Below are positions 1-7,263 of a DNA stretch of 14,754 nucleotides, one piece after another. The stretch covers positions 1-14,754 of the forward strand of contig JAYWEM010000010.1 in assembly GCA_043779265.1 (NCBI GenBank), read 5' to 3'. A program made the position numbers and the translations under genes. Source of the stretch: a bacterium. Lineage in GTDB: Bacteria > Eisenbacteria > RBG-16-71-46. Positions within the stretch are counted from its first letter, which is position 1; each line of letters begins with the position of its first letter. Below the pieces are notes generated by a model. That model was not told the DNA's origin. It worked only from the letters and a program-made list of their open reading frames with translations, and did not search any database.

Positions 1-42
1 GGGGGGGGGGGGGGGGGGGCCCGCCGGGCCCACCCGCGCCCC

Positions 43-1995
43 TCAGTTCGTCAGCACGATCCGACGAGTCTCCCGTCGCCCGTCCACGTCGAGTCTCACG
101 ACATAGATCCCGTGTGAGAGGCGAGCGCCGGATCGCGTCTCTCCCCTCCACGTGAGCTGGTGTGCGCCACCCGAGTGGAAGCTGCGAACCGGCGCTGCTA
201 CGGACCGGCCCGCGAGATCGAAGATCTCCAACCGGACGTTCCCACCGGTCGCCGGCACGCGATACGCGAGCCTCACTTCCCCACGAGCGGGTACCGGACC
301 GATCGAGATGAAGCCTGCCTGCTCGGCCCCGGTGCGATCGCCCACGCCGAGTGGGCTCGCATACCAGGCCAGTTCGGTCGGTTGTCCGACATGCAGACCG
401 CGCATCTCACTGCCTGCGCCGGCGGCCGAACCAGTCGTCGTCGTGACCTGGCCGCCACCTGATGCGTGGGCGAGGTATGACTTCACCCACCAGTCGCCTG
501 CCTCGCTCGAACTGATCTCGGCGCTGAACGTGCCACCCTTCGGATCGCGAAGCATGATCAGGCGTGGCCAACCGCTCGCGCCGGCCGACAGTGCTTGACC
601 GGACGCGCCGAAATCGTTGATCGGGTTCCCACTGGCATCGTGTCCGATGCGGCGCCCATCCGCATCGGTCAAGAGCACGTTGACGAGCGAGTCGGAGCGG
701 ACCACGAGGACCTGCGCGCCACTATCGGACGAAGTCGTGGTGGTGAGGGCCACGGACGAAGGGCCATTCCACCGCCACGGCCGACCGGTATAGGGCTGGC
801 TCGCATCGAGAACCTCGAAGAGACCATTCCGGTCCGTACGAATCAGGCGGCCATTGCCCACGCCGAGCAGTCCATCGCCGTCAGGTGACGTTCGCGAGGC
901 GGATGTGGGCGTGAAGTCCGGAAGCCAGAATCCGAGTGGCCCGGTCCCGATCGTCGCCGACAACCACTGGCAGCTGAAGGGATTGAGGTAGGGATCTCGC
1001 GTGGCGATATCGAACACGAATGGTGTTCCGGTCCCGCTCGATGACGAAGTGACATAGATCGCTCCACCGAGGAGACCCAAACCGCTCATCGACAGTGACG
1101 CGAACGACGCTCCGCTGGGATTGAACGGAACGTTGTTGTCGATCGCTGCGCCGCAATTCACGGTCCCGTTGGGGTCCCGCGTGTTGTCGAGCACGCTGCC
1201 CGTGATGATCAGGACATTCTTGGGTGGAAGTGTCCCTGTGATGGCCAAAGCTCCCCAGTCCCCATCGAAGTGCAGCTGGACCGTGGTGGGGACGCTGGTG
1301 CGGCCGATGGTCCGGGAGCTCCCGTAGTAGATGTACTCGTCATCGCTGATCATGCAGGGCGCTCCAGTCCCCGGCAGCAGCGACGTCGAGATGCCGACCT
1401 TGCAGACTCCCTCGATCGGGTCATAGAGGAAGGTCGTGGGCGGCAGGCCCGATGCGGCGAACGTGAGACTCGAGAAAGCGTAGGTGTCGTGACGAATGAC
1501 CTCTGGCCACCCGCCATTCACGTCGTCATCGAGCTTCACGTCGAAAGTTCGCTCGAAGTGGAGCGACTGATTGTGAGAGCCGTACGGGAACTGCGTGATC
1601 ATGCCGGCGCCTTGCGGGAGCGTGTCGCCCGGCTGCACGATATAGGGGAAGTAGTAGAGCCTCTCGAGGGATGCGGTCGCCGGGTCGATGCGGAACAAGG
1701 CGAAGTCGTTGACGTTCCGGCCCGAAGTCGAGGCGAAGAACACAAGTCGGCCCTGCGAGTCGACGATCATGTCCTTGGGATGGCGATAGAGCCCGGATTG
1801 GAACAGGCGCGTCACGGCGCCATTGCGCAGTCGGTAGAAGCATCCGTTCACGTTTCCGAAGCCATCCACCACGACGTTCCCAGGTACGACGATGTCGCCA
1901 CTCTCGAGAGGCTGGGCGATCGCAGGAAGCGAGATCATGGACAGGGCCGCAAGGGCGGCGAGCAGACGGCGAACGAACTGAATGAGATGTGCCAT
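43..1995 (-). CDS. Secreted protein, 650 aa: signal peptide, beta-rich (propeller-like) body, C-terminal FlgD-Ig / T9SS-sorting-like domain
   Basis: N-terminus MAHLIQFVRRLLAALAALSMISLPAIA-Q has basic residues, a hydrophobic core and an AxA site. Blade-like segments include PKDMIVDSQGRLVF and LFRIDPAT. The C-terminal ~85 aa (PVPARGEVRLAYRVP...VRLEIFDLAGRSV...HQLTWRGETRSGARLSHGIYVVRLDVDG...RRIVL) matches the FlgD-Ig-type tail pattern. Catalytic function not recognisable. Confidence 0.85.
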   Translation of the reverse strand: MAHLIQFVRRLLAALAALSMISLPAIAQPLESGDIVVPGNVVVDGFGNVNGCFYRLRNGAVTRLFQSGLYRHPKDMIVDSQGRLVFFASTSGRNVNDFALFRIDPATASLERLYYFPYIVQPGDTLPQGAGMITQFPYGSHNQSLHFERTFDVKLDDDVNGGWPEVIRHDTYAFSSLTFAASGLPPTTFLYDPIEGVCKVGISTSLLPGTGAPCMISDDEYIYYGSSRTIGRTSVPTTVQLHFDGDWGALAITGTLPPKNVLIITGSVLDNTRDPNGTVNCGAAIDNNVPFNPSGASFASLSMSGLGLLGGAIYVTSSSSGTGTPFVFDIATRDPYLNPFSCQWLSATIGTGPLGFWLPDFTPTSASRTSPDGDGLLGVGNGRLIRTDRNGLFEVLDASQPYTGRPWRWNGPSSVALTTTTSSDSGAQVLVVRSDSLVNVLLTDADGRRIGHDASGNPINDFGASGQALSAGASGWPRLIMLRDPKGGTFSAEISSSEAGDWWVKSYLAHASGGGQVTTTTGSAAGAGSEMRGLHVGQPTELAWYASPLGVGDRTGAEQAGFISIGPVPARGEVRLAYRVPATGGNVRLEIFDLAGRSVAAPVRSFHSGGAHQLTWRGETRSGARLSHGIYVVRLDVDGRRETRRIVLTN

Positions 1996-2037
1996 GAGAG
2001 CCCCCGCGTGGAGAGGTGGACCGCGTCTACACCTATC

Positions 2038-2063
2038 CGTCGCACGAGCGGGCGCGGCGTTTA
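2038..2063 (-). promoter_or_regulatory. Putative ECF-sigma promoter, copy 1 (TAAACG-N9-CTCGTGCGACG), upstream of the secreted FlgD-Ig protein
   Basis: Minus strand reads TAAACG ccgcgcccg CTCGTGCGACG and ends 42 nt before the ATG at 1995. Identical blocks and spacing recur at 3025-3050. TAAAC-N16-CGAC resembles the AAC...CG(T/A) pattern of ECF promoters. Confidence 0.7.
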
Positions 2064-2100
2064 GCCGAGCGCATGCGGATCGCGCCCCACAGTGGCCGGG

Positions 2101-2991
2101 TCAGGGAGCCGCAGGGCTCGAGATCACCTCGAACTCCGCCGTCAGCACGGCGGGAGCCTCCGCTGCGGCGAGGAGCTCCACCCGATAGCGGCCGGGCGCT
2201 AGCGCTTGGACCGGCACCATCAAGCCGACCAACTGGTTCGCCTCGTCCCAGAACTCCTCTCGAGGACCGCTGGAGGACCAGGCGATCGCCCCGTCGGCCC
2301 GTAGCACTCGGACGGTGAGCGGCCCGAGTGGCGGGGTCACGTCCAATAGCAACGCCAGCATCGACTGCCCGGCGCGCAGTCGCACGATGGGCACTGAGGA
2401 CGCTGCTCGCGTGGCACCGCGCAGGACCAGCACGGCGGCACCGCCTCCTGGCAGGCTCAGCGCTGGCGGACTCACGGGATCGACACGGGCAAGCGACTCC
2501 TCGGCCGCACTCAGTCGGAGCCGCGCATCGGCCAACTCCCGCGGCGCGACGACGAGGCCGTTCCATGCCGGGAGCACGAGCGCGATCGCGACCACCGCGA
2601 TTACCGGCTGGAGTGCTCGGGGTATCGAGGGCAGCCCCGCGAGGGCTGCGCGCCAGGACCGCAACGCACTGGGAGCGAGCGCATCGCGCATGAGAATGAC
2701 TTCTTGCCGGCACGCATCGCACGAGCGCAGATGCCCGCCCACGAGGGCGAGTTCACGAGAGGCCAGGTCGGATGGTAGCGCGATGTATCGGGCCAGCTGG
2801 TCTGGAATCGGATGCTCCCCCGGAGCGCCTTGCGCACGCTTCGCCTCGGCCCACAGGGCGCGCGCGCCATCGGCCGCGAGGCGACACTCCGCGCAGCTGG
2901 CGACATGGAGCGCGACGCCTTCGGCGATCGCCGGCTCCAATGCCCCCCCCACCCAGTCGGAGACCAGGCCGGCTGCCTTGTCGTGGTCCAT
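2101..2991 (-). CDS. Membrane-anchored anti-sigma factor with two tandem zf-HC2 (ZAS) motifs, 296 aa
   Basis: Two HxxxCxxC motifs (LHVASCAEC, GHLRSCDAC), one hydrophobic segment (VIAVVAIALVLPAWNGLVVAP), a short helical linker and a C-terminal beta-rich domain. GGAGG SD precedes the ATG, and the gene lies next to an ECF sigma. Confidence 0.85.
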   Translation of the reverse strand: MDHDKAAGLVSDWVGGALEPAIAEGVALHVASCAECRLAADGARALWAEAKRAQGAPGEHPIPDQLARYIALPSDLASRELALVGGHLRSCDACRQEVILMRDALAPSALRSWRAALAGLPSIPRALQPVIAVVAIALVLPAWNGLVVAPRELADARLRLSAAEESLARVDPVSPPALSLPGGGAAVLVLRGATRAASSVPIVRLRAGQSMLALLLDVTPPLGPLTVRVLRADGAIAWSSSGPREEFWDEANQLVGLMVPVQALAPGRYRVELLAAAEAPAVLTAEFEVISSPAAP

Positions 2992-3024
2992 GCCCCTCCG
3001 CCCTGTGAAGCTCCCACTTTGTCA

Positions 3025-3050
3025 CGTCGCACGAGACGACTCCACGTTTA
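3025..3050 (-). promoter_or_regulatory. Putative ECF-sigma promoter, copy 2 (TAAACG-N9-CTCGTGCGACG), upstream of the anti-sigma gene
   Basis: Minus strand reads TAAACG tggagtcgt CTCGTGCGACG and ends 33 nt before the ATG at 2991. Same two blocks and spacing as 2038-2063. Confidence 0.7.
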
Positions 3051-3110
3051 TAGTGAACACACAGGCTCCCTCCCCTCGAGCCTCGCTCCGTCCCCGATCC
3101 GGAGGGCTGA

Positions 3111-3680
3111 CTGGACATCGCGTCCGAAGTCCCTCACAAGCACGGCGATCCTCTCCTCCGGCGATTCCTCGCCGGGGATACGGCGGCTTGTCGCGAGATC
3201 GAACGATGGTCCCGGGAGATCCTGTTCTTCCGAAGGTTCAATCTCGGACGCGAGGACATCGAGGACGTGGTGCAGGACGTGGTGAGCACCGTGTGGCAGT
3301 CCGCTGCTCGGCCGGGATTCGAGATCCGCCATGGTCTGCGTGCGTTCGTCCGCTGCATCACCCTCGCTCGCGCCATCGACCGCGTGCGTCGTCAGCGGGT
3401 CCGCCGCGCAGACACGCTCGACGGGGGGATCCGCGATCCGAGCCCGGGACCCGCGGCGCTCGCCGAGGCGTCGGCTGAGAGCGACCAGGTCCATCGGGCG
3501 CTCGATGACCTGGATGAGAAGTGCCGGGACGTGATCCGCCTGCACTACTTCGAGGGTTGGCCATACGCGCGGATCGCCGCCTCGATCGGACGGAGCGAGT
3601 CGACGGTGCGTGTCCGGATGTTCCACTGTATTCGATCACTGCGAGAACGGATGGGTATCGACGTGGGCTCTTCCAGGTGA
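3111..3680 (+). CDS. ECF-type RNA polymerase sigma-70 factor, about 189 aa, probable CTG start
   Basis: The frame of the track ORF 3267..3680 stays open back to an in-frame TGA at 3108-3110. The extension encodes typical ECF N-terminal sequence (DPLLRRFLAGDTAACREIERW...EDIEDVVQDV). Region 4 reads VHRALDDLDEKCRDVIRLHYFEGWPYARIAASIGRSESTVRVRMFHCIRSLR. GGAGG lies at 3101-3105, just before CTG 3111. Confidence 0.92.
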   Translation: MDIASEVPHKHGDPLLRRFLAGDTAACREIERWSREILFFRRFNLGREDIEDVVQDVVSTVWQSAARPGFEIRHGLRAFVRCITLARAIDRVRRQRVRRADTLDGGIRDPSPGPAALAEASAESDQVHRALDDLDEKCRDVIRLHYFEGWPYARIAASIGRSESTVRVRMFHCIRSLRERMGIDVGSSR

Positions 3681-6391
3681 GCCTGCTCGCGTTAGTGCTC
3701 ACCCTCGCGACGACCGCACCGCCAGCTGCTGTCGACTCGATGGCCGTCTACCTGGCGGATGGACGCATCGACCACGCGGAGCGATTCGCCCATGCCCGCC
3801 TCGCCGCCAGCGATCAGCCGACGGCGGCGGACTCGCTGATGTGGAGCCGGGGGCTCGCCCGCGTCACACAGCTGCGAGGTGACGACATCGCCGCGATCGG
3901 CTGGTGGACGCAGGTGCACGAGTCGACTGTCCGACTCCACGGACCCGAGAGCCCCGAAGCAGGCCTGGTGCTGCACGATCTGGGAGCGACGCAGCGGAAC
4001 GCAGGACGACTCACCGATGCGCTACGCACCTACCGCGCGACGCTCGAGCTGCGGGGGCGCGTGCTGGGCCCCGATCACATCGATGTCGCGTGGACCCTCA
4101 ACAACCTGGCGAACGTGTACTTCGATCTCGGGGACTTCGCAGAAGCCGCGTCGATGCATCGCAGGGCCCTGACGATCCGCGAGGCGCGCTGGGGAGCCGA
4201 TCACGCACAGGTCGCCTTGAGTCTGATGAACCTCGCGAACGCGCTGGAGCGACGGGGCGACGTCTCGACCGCGATCCGGCTCCACGAGCGGGCGCTCGCG
4301 ATCCATGAACGCGTGAACGGGCCATGGCATCGAAGCGTCGCCCAGAATCTCAACAATCTCGCACTCGCCCACATGAGCGCGGGCGATCTGGCCACCGCAC
4401 GCCCGATGTTCGAGCGTTCCATCAGTATCCGCGACTCACTGTTCGGCCCCGGCAGTGCCGAGGCGGCACGCAGCCGCCTTCGGCTTGGACTACTGCATCT
4501 GAGCGCCGACTCGCCGGTGGACGCGGCACGCGTCCTGTCGGAGGCCGTGGACGCGGATCGACGTCAGTTCGGGAAGGACCATCCGCTCCGGCAGGATGCG
4601 GCGATCGCACTCGCGGTGGCCGATCTGAGACTCGGCCGGGAGGGCGAAGCGCTGGACCTCGCGCTCGCTGCCGAGCGCGCCACGATCGGGCACCTGAGGC
4701 TGACGGCCCAAGGACTCGACGAGAGCCAGGCACTGCTCTTCTCGAGCAGTCGCTCCTCGGGTCTCCAGGTGCTGCTGAGTCTCGCCGCTTCCCGACCATC
4801 GGACTCGGCCATCGTCTTCACGGCATGGGATGCGCTCGTTCGGTCGCGCTCGGTGGTGCTCGACGAGATGGTCGCCCGGCGGAGATGGTCGAGTGCTGCT
4901 TCCGCCGACTCGGCGGCACGCCGCATGAGTGCTCGCGTGTCCGCTGCGCGCGATCATCTGGCACGGCTCGCGCTCCAGGGGCCGTGGCGAGACTCGACGC
5001 AGGAAGCGCGGCGACGCACGGCGACTGAAGAGAAGGGTCGCGCCGAAGAGGCATTGGCCGATGCCAATCGCATGTTCGGGGCGGAGATGCGCAGCGCCGA
5101 GGCCGGACTGCCGGAAGTCCGCGCCGCCCTTCCAGCGGGAGCGGCGCTGGTCTCCTTCGTCTGGTTCGAGCAGCTGCCCATCGGGGGCGCCGCCACGGAT
5201 ACCGTGAGCCAGGTGGCGGCGATGGTTCTCACCTCGAAAGAGGCGAGGCCCATCATGGTGCCCCTCGGGCCCGCGCCGGAGGTGGATCGAGCGATCCGCG
5301 CCTGGCTTTCGTCACAGCGCCGACAGCCCCATCCGCTTCGCCGAGCTCAGGATGAAGCGGCCTGCGCAGCCCGGGGCAGACGCGTTCGCGCACTCGTGTG
5401 GGAGCCAGTGGCCAGGCTCGTGGACTCGGCCGAACGCGTCTTCATCGTGAGCGACGGATTGCTGCAGATCACACCCTTGGGAGCACTCCCGGATCTGCGT
5501 GGACGCACGCTGATCGAGCATGGGCCGCTCCTCCATCCGATCGCGACCGAGCGGGACCTCTTGAGCACGATGCTTCCGGACCCGACCGGGAAGGGGCTCC
5601 TGGCGATCGGCGCGCCGGCATTCGATCGCTCACCGTCGAGCTCGCGCTCTGCGTCCGCTGCTTACGCGGACGCCTGCGCGATCTTCCGTGGCGGCCGATT
5701 CGAGGCCCTTCCCGAGTCCCTCTCGGAACTGACGGATGTCGCCCGAACCTGGGATGCCGCTCGGGGGGGCTCGGACGTGCTCCCGGATGAGAGGGCGCGA
5801 GTGGCATCGGGTGCGCAAGCGACGGAGCGTGCGATCCGCTCCCAGGCGGGTGGTCGGCGTGCCCTGCACATCGCCACCCATGGGTTCTTTCTGCCCACGA
5901 ACTGCTCGGTCTCGCTGAGCGGCGACACGCACACGTCATTGGCGCATCGGCATCCATTGCTCCGAAGCGCGATCGCGCTTGCTGGTGCCAATCAGCGATC
6001 GGATTCCCAGGATGCCGCGGACGATGGGATCCTCACCGCCGAGGAAGTCGCGGGTCTCGATCTCGCTTCGCTCGAGTGGGTGGTGCTGTCGGCATGTGAG
6101 ACCGGCCTCGGCGAACTGGATGGGAATGAGGGCGTGCTGGGGATGCGCCGAGCCTTCCGCGCCGCAGGCGCGAACGCGCTTGTGATGAGTCTGTGGCGAG
6201 TGGATGACGCAGCGTCGGCCGACTGGATGCGGGCGCTCTACGATGCTCGCTTCCGTCGAAAGCTCGACGCTGCGGCGGCAACGCGCGCGGCTGGCACGCG
6301 GATGATCCAGGAACGTCGCGCGAGAGGCCTGAGCACGCATCCGTATTACTGGGCGGCGTTCGTCAGTGAAGGTGGAGCCACAGGTCCCTGA
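3677..6391 (+). CDS. TPR-CHAT (caspase HetF-associated) cysteine protease, about 904 aa, possibly exported
   Basis: GTG at 3677 overlaps the sigma stop (GTGA) and is followed by hydrophobic SLLALVLTLATTA. About six 42-aa TPR units are marked by GPES/GPDH/GADH/GPWH/GPGS/GKDH. The CHAT dyad is intact: LHIATHGFF (His codon 5879) and VVLSACETG (Cys codon 6095). Also present are SLWRVDD and terminal HPYYWAAF. The ORF-track start 3521 would overlap the sigma gene by 160 nt. Confidence 0.93.
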   Translation: MSLLALVLTLATTAPPAAVDSMAVYLADGRIDHAERFAHARLAASDQPTAADSLMWSRGLARVTQLRGDDIAAIGWWTQVHESTVRLHGPESPEAGLVLHDLGATQRNAGRLTDALRTYRATLELRGRVLGPDHIDVAWTLNNLANVYFDLGDFAEAASMHRRALTIREARWGADHAQVALSLMNLANALERRGDVSTAIRLHERALAIHERVNGPWHRSVAQNLNNLALAHMSAGDLATARPMFERSISIRDSLFGPGSAEAARSRLRLGLLHLSADSPVDAARVLSEAVDADRRQFGKDHPLRQDAAIALAVADLRLGREGEALDLALAAERATIGHLRLTAQGLDESQALLFSSSRSSGLQVLLSLAASRPSDSAIVFTAWDALVRSRSVVLDEMVARRRWSSAASADSAARRMSARVSAARDHLARLALQGPWRDSTQEARRRTATEEKGRAEEALADANRMFGAEMRSAEAGLPEVRAALPAGAALVSFVWFEQLPIGGAATDTVSQVAAMVLTSKEARPIMVPLGPAPEVDRAIRAWLSSQRRQPHPLRRAQDEAACAARGRRVRALVWEPVARLVDSAERVFIVSDGLLQITPLGALPDLRGRTLIEHGPLLHPIATERDLLSTMLPDPTGKGLLAIGAPAFDRSPSSSRSASAAYADACAIFRGGRFEALPESLSELTDVARTWDAARGGSDVLPDERARVASGAQATERAIRSQAGGRRALHIATHGFFLPTNCSVSLSGDTHTSLAHRHPLLRSAIALAGANQRSDSQDAADDGILTAEEVAGLDLASLEWVVLSACETGLGELDGNEGVLGMRRAFRAAGANALVMSLWRVDDAASADWMRALYDARFRRKLDAAAATRAAGTRMIQERRARGLSTHPYYWAAFVSEGGATGP
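3890..4660 (+). repeat. Protein-level 42-aa tetratricopeptide repeat array (kinesin-light-chain type) within the CHAT gene
   Basis: Recurrent G-x-[DE]-H...LNNLA...G....A.....RAL pattern at about 126-nt period. Boundaries are approximate. Confidence 0.8.
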
Positions 6392-6437
6392 CTGCGGAAG
6401 GCCGCGAGCGATTGCCCGGACTCACTCGGCGCCGGCA

Positions 6438-6833
6438 TCAGCGGTGGTACCACCAGTAGACGAGGGCCGCTGCGCCACCCAACCAGAGAACGACGATCGC
6501 GGTGGCGGCGGCGTGGCTGGCCGGCCTGGCGAGCAATGCACTCGCCTTGGCGCGAGAGTCGAGGAGCACGTCGTGCGGCAACATGCGAATCACGACCATC
6601 AACGTCAGAGGCACGATGAGCAGATCATCGAGGTGGCCGAGTATGGGCACGAAGTCGGGGATCAGGTCGATCGGGCTGAGCGCGTACGCCGCAACGCCCC
6701 ACCCCAGGACTCTCGCGACGAGTGGCGTCCTCGTATCACGCGCCGCGAAGTAGATGGCGACGACGTCCCGCCTGATCTCATGCGCCCAGAGTCGGAGTCG
6801 TTCGAGGTGCGGTGCGACCGGGCCCTGAACCAC
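6438..6833 (-). CDS. YkvA / DUF1232 family membrane protein, about 131 aa
   Basis: Signature AYALSPIDLIPDFVPILGHLDDLLIVP and the preceding AIYFAARDTRTP. GTG 6833 is preferred because the track start 6968 overlaps the upstream gene; exact start uncertain. Confidence 0.9.
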   Translation of the reverse strand: MVQGPVAPHLERLRLWAHEIRRDVVAIYFAARDTRTPLVARVLGWGVAAYALSPIDLIPDFVPILGHLDDLLIVPLTLMVVIRMLPHDVLLDSRAKASALLARPASHAAATAIVVLWLGGAAALVYWWYHR

Positions 6834-6888
6834 TAGGGGCTCACGACAAGCGTGTGGCCGATGCGGGCCCGGCGGCCGAATCGCCGAC

Positions 6889-7263
6889 TCAGACGGCGTC
6901 CTGTCGGAGCCAGGCGAGCGCCTGCGACCGGATGCGGAAGACCGCGGTGTGCGTGCGTTCCGTGGCACGGAACACGTCGAACATGCGAATCAGGCCGAAC
7001 GCGAGGTCGTCGGAGACGAGGAACGCCATGCGGAGCCCGGCGAAGGGTGAGTTCTGCTTGCCGAAGGCGGCGAATTCCGCGACCTCGGCCGAGCTGAGCT
7101 CGAAGTTGACGCCCCGCAGATCCCAGAGCACGCACGCCTCGGGCGCCGTGACCTCGCGCCAGAGCGCCGCCGCCGCTGCCTTGAGGTCCTGAAGTCGAAG
7201 CTGGCCGCTGGCGGTGCCGACGATGATTCCTGGTTCCGCCTTCTGATCGATCACCAATTCCAT
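6889..7263 (-). CDS. STAS/SEC14 (SpoIIAA-like) domain protein, about 124 aa
   Basis: Pattern VLWDLRG...RMAFLVSDDLAFGLIRMF...AVFR...ALAWL is typical of SpoIIAA-like proteins. AGGAGG lies upstream of ATG 7263. Confidence 0.75.
   Translation of the reverse strand: MELVIDQKAEPGIIVGTASGQLRLQDLKAAAAALWREVTAPEACVLWDLRGVNFELSSAEVAEFAAFGKQNSPFAGLRMAFLVSDDLAFGLIRMFDVFRATERTHTAVFRIRSQALAWLRQDAV

Noticed and set aside
1..19. Run of 19 G at the window start
   Set aside because: Homopolymer G at a sequence end is a common no-signal artefact of two-colour sequencing. It is not treated as a G-quadruplex or phase-variable tract, and it makes any terminator after the 650-aa gene unreadable.
2717..2726. Partial TCGCACGAG match to the ECF motif
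   Set aside because: It lies within the anti-sigma coding sequence and lacks the CGTTTA block at the required distance.
3019..3024. TTGTCA as the -35 partner of TATAGT (3049-3054)
   Set aside because: The spacer would be 24 nt, too long for a sigma70 promoter.
1270..3626. Alternative-frame ORFs 1270..2064, 2033..2722, 2315..3478 and 3048..3626
   Set aside because: They overlap well-supported genes, and most are Arg/Ala/Pro-rich translations typical of GC-rich off-frames.
3521..3676. ORF-track N-terminal extension of the CHAT protein
   Set aside because: It lies inside sigma region 4 coding sequence. The GTGA stop/start overlap at 3677 is a better start.
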